Origin: an uncultured delta proteobacterium
GTDB lineage: Bacteria; Desulfobacterota; Binatia; UBA9968
Assembly (NCBI GenBank): GCA_963755715.1
Contig: CAVWLW010000050.1
Span: 137,207-201,206, forward strand
Length of the DNA: 64,000 nucleotides
Direction: 5' to 3'
Numbering within the stretch: the stretch's first letter is position 1; each line of letters begins with the position of its first letter. This document shows positions 32,988-43,178 of the stretch, piece after piece. A program made the position numbers and the translations under genes. Below the pieces are notes generated by a model. The model did not search any database and had not been told where the DNA came from. It was given only the letters and a program-made list of their open reading frames with translations.

Positions 32988-33695
32988 ATGAAGATCATGG
33001 TTGTGATGGGCGAATATCCGCCTGAAGAAGCAGAGCGGCGCCGGCAGGCCGTGCTCAAATGCGCATCACCGGGCACAGAGGTCGGCTTCGCCGTCATCAG
33101 AGCAACTTTTTTTCGCCGCTCCAACTCGCAAGTCAATTCGCTTTCCGCCGGACCGCTTGTCGCCGAAGTGGCCGTCAAGGCCGAAGCCGACGGTTACGAT
33201 GCGGTCGTGCCGTTTGGAACTCTCGACGCCGGCGTCGAGCTAGCGCGAAATTTGGTTCGCCTTCCGATAATCGGCGCCGGACAATCGGTATTGCACCTCG
33301 GCGCCCAGTTGAGTAATCGCTTGGGCGTTATCGCCTATGAAGAAAAAAGCATCCCTTTCATGCGCAAGCAGATGCACGTATGGCGAGTGGCCGATTCGGT
33401 CGTCGGCATCCGCAGCGTCGAGATCCCCTTGCCGGAAAGCACCAAGAACCGTGATGCGATGCGCGAACGGTTCATTCAGGTCGCCCGCGAGCTGATCGAC
33501 AATCACGATGCCGAGATTATCGTGCCCATGGGCGTAACGATGGTGCCGGTGCAATATTCACCGCAGGAATTTGAAAAGGAGCTCGGAGTGCCGGTCATGG
33601 ATGCGTTGAAGACCAGCATCCAAACCGCCGAAATGATGGTGCGCATGAATCTGACTCACAGCACAAAGACGTATCCGCGACCACCGGCGAGTTAA
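32988..33695 (+). CDS. Asp/Glu/hydantoin racemase-family protein lacking the usual catalytic Cys
   Basis: AEADGYDAVVPFGTLDAG, LPIIG, MGVT, GVPVMD. Confidence 0.78.
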   Translation: MKIMVVMGEYPPEEAERRRQAVLKCASPGTEVGFAVIRATFFRRSNSQVNSLSAGPLVAEVAVKAEADGYDAVVPFGTLDAGVELARNLVRLPIIGAGQSVLHLGAQLSNRLGVIAYEEKSIPFMRKQMHVWRVADSVVGIRSVEIPLPESTKNRDAMRERFIQVARELIDNHDAEIIVPMGVTMVPVQYSPQEFEKELGVPVMDALKTSIQTAEMMVRMNLTHSTKTYPRPPAS

Positions 33696-33770
33696 TTCAT
33701 CAGATGCGATGACGCTAGGATCCGCATCGCCGGCGATATCCACACAGAGAATAGTATTTGCGTTACTCCC

Positions 33771-34559
33771 ATGCCTACCGACATCTGCTACTGGAAACAC
33801 GAAATCCAAAGCAGTGAATCGTTCCGCTGCTACGACGGCAAGAGCACCGTGTGCAGCCACTGTTGCGTGGAAGAGTGCGCCAAAGACACGCCGCAATGGT
33901 TCGCAGCGTGCGCTCGCGCTGGCCATCCTACTTGGCCGGGTGTCGATCGTGGGCGACGCGTTCCTTCCAAGCTTGTGGTTCTCGAATCCTACTGGGACAA
34001 CCGTCTGTTTCAGACCATGACCGTTAAAGGCTTCTTTGAATCGATGGGACCACTGCACGATCCACCGCTGCAACTCGCTCACCGCTTTGTCGAGTCTCAA
34101 CGTGGACTCGCCCACTACACCGCCGCTCCTGACGGACTCTTATGGCGCGATCCCGGCGCCGCCGACGCGCCGATCTTTTATCTTGCCTTTCACGGTGCGC
34201 CGAGCCAAGTGAAATCGGTCCTCGAATCGATCGGCGAACAGCAACTATGCGACGCGTTCAAAGGCTACGGCAGCAGGCCCAATCTCGTCTACTTCGCCGC
34301 GTGCAACGTTCTCAAAGGCCGCACGGGCAGGCAGTTCGCCAAGAAATTTCTCACAGCCTCCGGTTGCCGCGCTCTTCTGGGTTACACGACCAACGTCAAC
34401 TGGATGCTCAGCCTGCTCACAGACATGCTGTTCTTGCACCGTTTCTATCGCGACGAAAATCCGTGGAAGAATCTTAGAAGCATCTACGACTCGGTTATCG
34501 CCGATTTCAGACCAGCGAGCGAAATAGGATGGACGCTGATTGAAAGGGAAGAGAAGTAG
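33771..34559 (+). CDS. DUF6642-like / caspase-CHAT-fold protein with Cys-rich N-terminus
   Basis: FYLAFHG and VYFAAC motifs, GYTTNVNW. Confidence 0.6.
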   Translation: MPTDICYWKHEIQSSESFRCYDGKSTVCSHCCVEECAKDTPQWFAACARAGHPTWPGVDRGRRVPSKLVVLESYWDNRLFQTMTVKGFFESMGPLHDPPLQLAHRFVESQRGLAHYTAAPDGLLWRDPGAADAPIFYLAFHGAPSQVKSVLESIGEQQLCDAFKGYGSRPNLVYFAACNVLKGRTGRQFAKKFLTASGCRALLGYTTNVNWMLSLLTDMLFLHRFYRDENPWKNLRSIYDSVIADFRPASEIGWTLIEREEK

Positions 34560-34719
34560 ACTTTCACAATTGCCCGCGGGTATGTCGGAAACATATTGGT
34601 CAGCACATCACTCGAGTAGCTTTGACATCACTGCAATCTTGCTAAAATGGCGTCCGGGGGCTGCCTATTTTAGTGGACAACATGAACCGTAATCCACGTT
34701 AGCCCCAAAGGAACCGCTC

Positions 34720-35293
34720 GTGCCCGCGCTCTACCGCCATTTTTTCCAGGCTATGTGGCTGAGTTGGACAGCTTACTGGTGGGTCTCCGCACGTAACGTC
34801 AAGCGCACGGTGCGGCATGAATCCTTGCCGTCGCGCCTTTCACACGTCGGCCCGCTGGCAGGTGCTGCGCTGCTTTTTTCGATTCCAAACTCACCGGCTT
34901 CGTTCCTTAGAGCTCGTTTTCTCTCATCGGCCGACATGGTCATTTAATGTTGCGGTGGCTCTGACCGCCGCAGGCTTACTCTTCGCTGTATGGGCACGGC
35001 AGTACCTCGGCTCAAATTGGAGCGGTACGGTGACCATCAAGAAAGGTCACGAGCTCATCATCAGCGGACCCTACGCCTGGGTTCGTCACCCCATCTACAC
35101 TGGGCTTCTGCTCGCATTTGTAGGTTCCGCGATGGCTATAGGTGAATGGCGAGCAGTTCTCGCCTTCGCGCTTGCGTCGCTGGCTTTGTGGCGCAAACTT
35201 CGGCTGGAGGAACGTTTGATGCATCAGCAGTTCGGAGCGGCATACCAAGCCTACTGTCGGCGTGTTCCGGCGCTTATTCCTTTCGTTTTGTGA
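34720..35293 (+). CDS. Isoprenylcysteine carboxyl methyltransferase family, +1 frameshift near 34930
   Basis: LGSNWS, GPYAWVRHPIYTG, EE..Y..Y. Confidence 0.85.
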
Positions 35294-35436
35294 GCCTAAT
35301 TGGAACCTCACGTTGAGTTTGCCAAAGTTCTGCTTTGCAGCGCACTCAAGGGCCGGGAGGTTGATAGAATTTTTCTCTGGAATGATATCGAGACCTGCAA
35401 TAGTATAGCTTCGACCGATTTCAGTCTGGAGGTCTT

Positions 35437-35847
35437 ATGCGCTTCTTAGTCGTATTTCTGATGTTGTCCCTCGTTGCTTGTGCAACGACACCGCTGACGA
35501 TCAATCAAGCGGCCGTAGTGCCAGAGACTCGGATCTTGGCGCCACAGTGGTTAGCTCAAGCGTCGAATACAGGAAGCCTCGTCGTGAAGCGCGACAGCGG
35601 TTTCATGGGATCGGCCTGTACGATTCGCGTTTTCGTGGATGCTCTACCAGTCGCTGATCTTAAGCCTGCGGAGAAAATTGAGCTCTTCGTCGCTCTCGGG
35701 GAACACAGTGTTGTCGCTACCTCGAACGGCATTTGCGGCGGCGGTACTTCTGAAGCGGCAGTTGTGATCATGCCTGAGCGTCAGCGAATTCTCCGGATTG
35801 CCAGCGGTCAGAGCGGAGACATTTTTCTTCAGCCGAGTGCGTTCTGA
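35437..35847 (+). CDS. Hypothetical lipoprotein
   Basis: Lipobox LVAC; ggagg RBS; KRDSGFMGSAC. Confidence 0.8.
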   Translation: MRFLVVFLMLSLVACATTPLTINQAAVVPETRILAPQWLAQASNTGSLVVKRDSGFMGSACTIRVFVDALPVADLKPAEKIELFVALGEHSVVATSNGICGGGTSEAAVVIMPERQRILRIASGQSGDIFLQPSAF

Positions 35848-36059
35848 ATTTGTCGTCGACTGAAATATAAAAATTCTCGTTTCGCGTCCAATGCGCGGTA
35901 ACAAGATTGGGCTGCCTGCGAAGCTTTATTTGAGTGACATGTAAGATGCGGTGTGACCATTGAGTAAACTGTTTTTAGAGCGCGTCGGGTTCAGAAGCGG
36001 ATGGTTAGCTGTTATCCCCGCTGCTCACGGACACCACATAACGGCCATTGGCCGACTCT

Positions 36060-36400
36060 ATGCGAGGGAAATTCGATCTTTCCTGCTCTTCGAGGCTGCG
36101 GCTTTTCTCCCTGCCCTCATCCACTCCGGGGTGTTCGATCGCCGGATACGACATCAAAAGACCCGCATCGCCGAAGGCGTGATCGCACTCGTGCTTCTTA
36201 CGGCCCCGATATCAACTTGGATCCGGCCGGCGTCGACACGTACGGCCGGATTGGCCGGCCAAGCATTCGCGCTTCTCGGCACGCTAACGGCGTATTCACG
36301 ATGCCGTCGGCGTTGGTCCACGCACGACACCCAACATTGCTTACCATATTGCCATCGTTGTCGTATTGATTTGGGGGTTGGTCATTACAAAGTATACGTA
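36060..36400 (+). pseudogene. Fragmented small membrane protein
   Basis: Hydrophobic segments split across frames (LIHSG..IAEGVI..QAFALLGT; YHIAIVVVLIWG). Confidence 0.4.
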
Positions 36401-36593
36401 GAGAGCTTGAACTTCGCTGTCTTTGTCTTGGCTAATCTTTCCTTCCTGGTATAACCGCGCCACCGCACTAGCGATAGTCTTATAGTCCATCCTCGGAAAT
36501 TACTTCAGGAGATCGGCGAAAGAACAATGTGACTTTTCGATAATGCAACGATCTTTTCAGCTAACACCTCGACAAGCGCTGCGGTCTCCGTGC

Positions 36594-36902
36594 CTAAGGC
36601 GTGTAGGGAATATCGATTGCGCCGATTTCCGCGAGAGGACGACCATAGTGAGCTGTCAAAAGGTCAGAGACTTGACGGCAAAAGTTTGGATCATCGAAGT
36701 TGAGCCGGCCGATATAAAAATCGCCACCGTGGGAAATCATAAGGAAGCATGTAGCTGGATTCACAGAGGAGCGTTTTACTTGCTCGAGCACTCCAATTTC
36801 TCGGCTCGGATGAATAGTTGGTTTTCCGGACGTGGATGTCCATTTCGGTGGCCAATTTGAAGAACCCTGAAACAACATGAGTGGATGACTCCGAAGCTCC
36901 AT
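36594..36902 (-). CDS. Hypothetical protein
   Basis: 102-aa ORF, WPPKW...G.L..V...IGAIDI. Confidence 0.65.
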   Translation of the reverse strand: MELRSHPLMLFQGSSNWPPKWTSTSGKPTIHPSREIGVLEQVKRSSVNPATCFLMISHGGDFYIGRLNFDDPNFCRQVSDLLTAHYGRPLAEIGAIDIPYTP

Positions 36903-37177
36903 AAAGTGACCAAAGGTGACAAAATAGGCAAAAAGGTTTCATTTTACAATGACCTGCAATCGCTGTGGAGATAGCAAAAACAGGGCTTACAGCTCGGATC
37001 TATTAAATTAAATAGATAGAGTCTCTGCGCTCGCTCGAAGGTGAAACGCGGAGATAAAGTGCCGGAGGCCGCACGGCTTTATTGCGCGAATAAAAAGATG
37101 AAGTCGAGTTTGAATAAGAAGGAGCCGCCCAGGGGGATGATTCCCCAAAATAGACTCACACGGGTGCCACGTATAGC

Positions 37178-37597
37178 TTATCGCTGGAGGTCGCGGGGTG
37201 TCATGGGGATGCCAGGCGGTTGGTCGTCGAGTGATAGATGTCGCTGCATCGCGGCACGAAGCAATTTCAATGCGAAAGGCTTGTGCATTATTTCGTCCGC
37301 CCCGGCGGTGATAGCTCGATCGACAAGCGATCCGTAGGAAAAGGCGGTGGTTACGATCACGGGTATGTTGCGCGTCGACGGATCCGCTTTGAGCCGCGCT
37401 GTTGCTTGATCTCCCGTCATCGCAGGCATGTCGAGATCCATGAGAATTAGATTGGGACGGGTTACGCGTGCTCGACTTACGGCCTCAAGCCCCGTCACCG
37501 CTTCAACAGCTCTGTAGCCTGATCGTCGTAGAAAGAGCATAACCATTTCTCGATAATCGGCATCGTCTTCAACAACAAGGATATTGTTATTGCCCAT
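37178..37597 (-). CDS. Single-domain response regulator (DivK/CheY-like)
   Basis: ILVVEDD, ILMDLDMP, TT, KP. Confidence 0.9.
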   Translation of the reverse strand: MGNNNILVVEDDADYREMVMLFLRRSGYRAVEAVTGLEAVSRARVTRPNLILMDLDMPAMTGDQATARLKADPSTRNIPVIVTTAFSYGSLVDRAITAGADEIMHKPFALKLLRAAMQRHLSLDDQPPGIPMTPRDLQR

Positions 37598-38094
37598 GCC
37601 CGTTCTACCGAGCACAAACGGTGCCGCTCGAGTTTGCTACAATTTGTGCAGGTCTGAGGGAGATATTTGGCAATGCCGGGACATTCTTTGCCTTCAGGGG
37701 AGCGGGAGCGAGTTTGACCAAGAATTCCTATGGCTGCAAAAACGTACATTTTTGGTAAGTGCGGGCTCACCCGCGGCGATTAACCAACCTCGAAGTTAGT
37801 CTTCACACAGCCGACCCAGGCACGCCGGCGGATCGACGAGACACCGGCAGCGCCGAAAAAGCGCATTACGCTGCCCTATTGGCGGCATGATCGGCGGCGC
37901 CATTGGCGGAATCATCGGCGGGCTGATCTTTCCGGAGGGGCCGGGGCATCGACCGCGGCGTCGGCAGGATCTTCAAGCGGCAGTCGCTCAGTTTAAAAAT
38001 GAACTCCCTCCTGCGCCCTCGGAGGTGATCAGTTCGGGAGCCGGTGCAAATCGGCGGGTTGCTTTTTCTGGTAACGCTGGGATAAAAACCGGCA

Positions 38095-38571
38095 GTGGAC
38101 TCCGAATTGATAAACACAGGCTCGATCGCGCTCGCTCTGGCAATTTTCGGCGCCATGCTCAGTATCCTCAATACCTGGCATGCTCTAGACCGGTCGCGAC
38201 TCAACTTGAAGATTACTCCGGCTCATGCGTTCCCGCTGGGCGCTGTAGACCCAAGCATTAATTTTTCTATTGAAGTGACGAACCTCAGTGAATTTGCTGT
38301 GACGATACAAGAGGTAGGTATTTTATACGAGGGTACAAAAAAACCAGGCACCTTGTTGAGTCCTATCCTCTTGGATGGCGGCAGTTGGCCACGGCGCCTT
38401 GAGCCGCGAACGGCCGTAAGTGTTTACGCACAGGCACCGCTACCCAATGGCGGGCCTAGAATCAGGTGCGCGTATGCACGAACCGCCTGCGGTCAAATAA
38501 TAACCGGCAACAGTCCCGCTCTTCAGCAAATAGCAGGTAGACGCGCTAAGGGAGTCTTTTGGGTCATTTAA
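38095..38571 (+). CDS. Hypothetical protein with N-terminal TM anchor
   Basis: 158-aa ORF, hydrophobic N-terminus, beta-rich body. Confidence 0.6.
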   Translation: MDSELINTGSIALALAIFGAMLSILNTWHALDRSRLNLKITPAHAFPLGAVDPSINFSIEVTNLSEFAVTIQEVGILYEGTKKPGTLLSPILLDGGSWPRRLEPRTAVSVYAQAPLPNGGPRIRCAYARTACGQIITGNSPALQQIAGRRAKGVFWVI

Positions 38572-38687
38572 TGTCTGGCCAGTAAGATCCCCAGTTCCGG
38601 TGCCTTCTCCAGGGTGCGGGGTATGTCGTACTCCTTCGGGCACCTCATCGTACCAAACCGCGTGGAAGGTCATATCGAGCGCATGAT

Positions 38688-38850
38688 TCAAATTTCTTGC
38701 GCCGCCTCTGCTGGGCGGCGGTTTCGAGGCTTTTCTTTAACGCGGAAGATGTCGACGACCTGGCCGCTGCGGCGTGGCGCCGGCGGGCTTTGATTTCCTG
38801 GCCTTCCACTTTTCGCTCGATCATGGCGAGCGCTCGCTCGCGGTTGAGCC
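38688..38850 (-). pseudogene. Remnant of Ku (NHEJ) C-terminus
   Basis: RERALAMIERKVEGQEIK / GQVVDIF / ALKKSLE across frames. Confidence 0.6.
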
Positions 38851-38940
38851 CTTTTGAAGATCAATGGCCTCCACTGTCCTCCGCTGCAGATCAGCCAATG
38901 CGACGGCGTGTTTGACAGTCCGGGGATCCCAACCAAAAAT

Positions 38941-38970
38941 AAAAAAAGGGCCAGCCGTTCCGACTGACCC
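38941..38970 (-). terminator. Intrinsic terminator
   Basis: GGGTCAGTC-GGAAC-GGCTGGCCC-T7 on the minus strand. Confidence 0.7.
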
Positions 38971-39098
38971 AAAGACGCGCGAACCCACGCGACTCCCGCG
39001 CGGGAAGAAAAAAACCCAACCGTGGCCCTCATAGCACGGCGTTGGTGCCATCTAATTGCTACGACAATTGTTGGGAAGATGACGAGTGCTGGAATGCT

Positions 39099-39353
39099 TT
39101 AATTTATTTTCCAGAACCGGTGCCGGCACTCTCCGCAGCGGTATGGGCTAATAAAAAGTGAGCTCAACGCTTTGTCTATCGGATTCCTCAGATGAGATGG
39201 GCGGACGGCGCTGCTATCGCAATATGGACAGACAATTAGGCGTTTACTTTTTGTTGCCACGTTTTGATGTTGCGCGATTGTCGGCCGTGCTCCATCGCCT
39301 GGCCGATCGCTCACGCTACGCTTTCCTTTAGGTCCCGATGACGATCTCGTCAT
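39099..39353 (-). CDS. Small zinc-ribbon protein
   Basis: CPYCDS..VRPS..PYRCGECRHRF. Confidence 0.65.
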   Translation of the reverse strand: MTRSSSGPKGKRSVSDRPGDGARPTIAQHQNVATKSKRLIVCPYCDSSAVRPSHLRNPIDKALSSLFISPYRCGECRHRFWKIN

Positions 39354-39637
39354 GGTGGCTTCTTTGATTTGAATAGAGAGTCAGCGAGAAAGCTAAATCT
39401 CCAAACCTAGATGACGATCTCAGGCCTACGGAGCGACGGGCAGCCGCCCGGGATCAATTCGGCCGCTGTGGGGAATTCTCCAGAACGATTCAACCGCACT
39501 TCCGCGGCATGCTTGGGTCAACCTGGGTCCACCGTCGTATGTCCTCGTTATTCACATCCTAAGTCAGAACTGATCCGAAACATTTTGGACACATGACTTG
39601 GAAACGACTAGAGTAATCACCGTCAATTATTGAAATT

Positions 39638-39714
39638 TGGCGCGCCCGGAGGGATTTGAACCCCCAACCCCCAGATCCGTAGTCTGGTGCTCTGTCCAAT
39701 TGAGCTACGGGCGC
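39638..39714 (-). tRNA. tRNA-Arg(ACG)
   Basis: GCGCCCG acceptor stem, CCAGA-CTACGGA-TCTGG anticodon arm, GGTTCAAATCC, encoded CCA. Confidence 0.97.
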
Positions 39715-39942
39715 GCAATGAAGCTGAAATCTCAGATGCGGGGCGGCTTTGGAAAGCAAAATCAGCAACGGACAACTCGTGCGGTGCCGATCTAAATCTC
39801 CCAATGCGCCCAAGGCCTAGATAAAATAGCAAAGACCAACGGCAATTTCTACGAACCGCGTCGGTTTTCTCTACCGAAATAATGCCCTTGTGAAGCGAAT
39901 TGACGATGGTTGCGCCGCTGTCCTCGTCTGAATGTTATAATT

Positions 39943-42900
39943 TTAATGAAAATCCCGGCTGGGCGCGCTCGCCGGTTTCAGTTCCACTCTCGGTTCCCAC
40001 AATTCGTCCGCAACCAGATGCACCACGCCGTCTTCGACTTGGAGTTTGCCGGTAATACCGAGAAAGCTCACCGTCTTCGCCAGGACCGAATAGCGCTGAA
40101 AGACGCTTTCCCACACGACGATGTTGACGAAACCGGTTTCGTCTTCGAGAGTCATGAATACGACGCCGCCTGCGGTGCCGGGCCGTTGGCGGCAAATCAC
40201 TAGACCGGCATAGCGAATCTTCGCGCCATCTTTCATCGCTGCTACGGCGCGCGCGTCGGGCAGGCCATAGCGCATCAAGCTTGGCCGCATCGGCTCGAGC
40301 GGGTGGCGCCGCGGACTATGAGCAGTCCGGCGATAATCCCAACCCACTTCTTCGAAGTCGCTCAACGGCGCGAAACCCGGCTGCCTTTCACGCCCCGGCA
40401 ATGATAGGGATTCCTTCTGTGTGCGCGCCAGGCGGCGGGCATCCCAGAGCGCCGTACGACGATCGATGTGAAAGCTATCGAACGCTCCCGCTTCAGCCAA
40501 AGCACAAAGAGCGCCCTCATCTAAACCGGTGCGGCGAGCAAAATCTTCCAGCGAGACAAAAGTTTTTTGCTCGCACGCTAGCGCAATCCGCTCCCCCTCT
40601 CGCTCGCCTAAACCTTTCACGTAGCGCAGCCCCATACGCACAGCCAAGCCGCCGGCGCTCTCGACGCATCTCTCGAGCACGCAATCCCATGCGCTCACCT
40701 GTGCGTCGAGGGGCCGCACGATCACCTGATGGCGCTTGGCATCTTCGACAATCGTCGCGGGTGTGTAAAAGCCCATCGGTTGGGCGTTTAGCAACGAGCA
40801 AGCAAACTCCGCCGGATAGTGACATTTGAGCCAGGCCGTAGCATAAGCGATCAGCGCAAAACTCGCCGCATGGCTTTCGGGAAAACCGTACTCGCCGAAG
40901 CCGCGGATCTGCTGGAAAATCCGCTCGGCGAACTCTGCGGCTATCCCCTTCGCCTGCATGCGTGTGATCAACTTCTCGTGATGGCGCTCCATCCGCCCGG
41001 AGCGATGCCACGCTGCCATGTCGCGGCGAAGTTGGTCTGCCTCTCCGGGTGTGTAATCAGCCACGACCATCGCAAGCTTCATCACCTGTTCTTGAAACAG
41101 CGGTACACCTAAGGTTTTCTCCAATACAGTGTCCAATAACGGATGGGGCGATTTCGCTTCTTCTTTGCCCTGGCGCCGGCGTAGATACGGATGCACCATG
41201 CCGCCCGTAATCGGCCCGGGACGAACGATGCTGATCTCGATCACTAGGTCGTAAAAATTTTTCGGCTTCAAGCCGCGGCAGCATCGCCATCTGCGCGCGG
41301 CTCTCGATCTGAAACACGCCCACCGTGTCGCTTTTGCAGATCATTTCATAAGTCGCACGGTCGTCCGGTTCAATCGTCGCCATAGAGAGATCCATGCCAC
41401 GATGCTCGCGCAAGAGCTTGAAGCAAAGGTCGAGTTGAGTCAGCCCGCCGAGTCCGAGCAGATCGACTTTGAACAAGCCGAGATCTTCCACATCCTGTTT
41501 ATCCCACTGAACCACCGTGCGCTCAGGCATCGTTGCGTTCTCGATCGGCACCATATCGTGTACCGGTTCATGGCCGAGCAGAAAGCCGCCGGGGTGAATC
41601 GATAGGTGACGCGGGAAATCCAGAATTTCATTGGAAAGCTGAAGTAAATGCTCGTGCAAGCCGCCCGCTGAATCAATCCCTATCTGCGCCAATGCTTCGG
41701 CGCGAACTGGTTCATAGGAAGAAAGCAACTTGGCCATTCGATCGAGAGCGGTTTCGGAAAGCCCCAGAGTCTTACCGACGTCGCGCAACGCTGAGCGCGA
41801 GCGATAGCGCACCACGTTGGCGACCATCGCGGCGCGGTCCCGGCCATATTTTTGATAAACGTGCTGGATCACTTCTTCGCGCCGGTCATGCTCGATATCG
41901 AGATCGATATCCGGCGGCTCGGCGCGCTCTTTTGAGATAAAGCGTTCGAAGAGCAACCCAATATGTGCCGGGTCGACAGCGGTGATACCCAGGCAATAAC
42001 AAACCACGGAGTTTGCCGCCGAGCCGCGCCCTTGGCAGAGGATATTATTGGCCCGGCAGAACTCGATAATCTCCCACATCGTCAAGAAGTATCCCGGATA
42101 GTCGAGAGCTTCGATGATCTCCAGCTCTTTTTCTATTTGCACGACAATCCAATCGGGAATCCCATTTTCGTAGCGCCGCTGCGCCCCGTTCAATGTTTGT
42201 CGGCGCAGCCACTGCGCCGATGTCATGCCATTCGGCAACTCTTCCGATGGATAACGATAGCGAATTTCGTCCAGAGAAAAATTGCAGCGTTCGGCGACTT
42301 CGACCGTGCGATTGATAATAGTGGGATCGTCGTTAAAAAGATCCGCGAAAGCACGGGGTGGCTTCAGCGCATATTCGGCATTGGGCTTCAACTTCCTGCC
42401 GCAAGAAGCGACGGGAATGCCGTGGCGAATCGCCGTCAGCACATCCTGCAGCCGGCGCCGCGCCGGCGTGTGGTAAAGCACTTCGTTGGCGGCGACTAAT
42501 GGAAAGCCAAAGCGCCGCGCGCGCTCGCGCACTCGAGATTCTTGAATGACTTCTTCTTCGCAACGGTGCCGCGTGAGCATGCCATAAAGGCGGTCGGCGA
42601 AAGCGTCGCGGAGCTTGCCCCCAACGTCATGGGAGTCGGCTTCGCCGACGATCAAACTTCGAGCGCCGCCCCAGAGCGCAATTAATCCCGGCGCATGGGC
42701 GCAAACTTCATCCCAACTGACAGCGCTCTCCCCTTTCTCCGAGCGCAACCGGCCTTTGGTGATCAACCGACACAGGTTGGCATAACCGCCGCGATCCTGC
42801 GCCAACAGAACTATCGTCGAACCGTCGTCGATTGTGATCTCGGAACCAATGATGAGCTTGAGCCCGACTTCCCGCGCTTTCACGTGCGCGCGCACGACGC

Positions 42901-43039
42901 CATAGACGCCGTCTCGATCCGTCAAAGCCAAAGCCCGCAATCCGAATCGATGGGCCTCCTCGACCAGCTCATCCGGATGGCTCGCGCCTTCAAGGAAAGA
43001 AAAATTACTCTTGCACCAGAGGGGTGCGTAGCTGGACAT
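39943..43039 (-). CDS. dnaE2: Error-prone DNA polymerase DnaE2 (ImuC), +1 frameshift near 41270
   Basis: [15 protein letters not shown] domain, [24 protein letters not shown]-terminal SRDFH. Confidence 0.93.
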
Positions 43040-43100
43040 AAGGGACTGAGACAAAAATAACCGATGGTGGCCTTCAGGACGGGTTCATCGAGCTGCTGAG

Positions 43101-43162
43101 AAATAAGGATCGTCGCGTGGCCATGCGCAACATGGACTCCCGCGTGCAACGATCAGTTAGGC
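43101..43162 (-). repeat. Degenerate terminal attC
   Basis: GCCTAAC-TGATC-GTTGC...GCGAC-GATC-CTTATTT; R' lacks GTT. Confidence 0.5.
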
Positions 43163-43178
43163 GCACGATCCAGACGGC

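Noticed and set aside
35900-39637. Intact prophage or ICE at tRNA-Arg
   Set aside because: No integrase, structural or conjugation genes, and no att duplicate seen
39833-39916. Possible attC after dnaE2 (gaccaac...gttgcgc), which would make dnaE2 a cassette
   Set aside because: Box spacing is wrong and L pairing is weak
41255-41285. Programmed frameshift or split dnaE2
   Set aside because: No slippery site or intein; same +1 pattern as many other genes
42922-43149. 75-aa ORF as an imuB C-terminus
   Set aside because: No ImuB-like motif; it overlaps the degenerate attC and dnaE2
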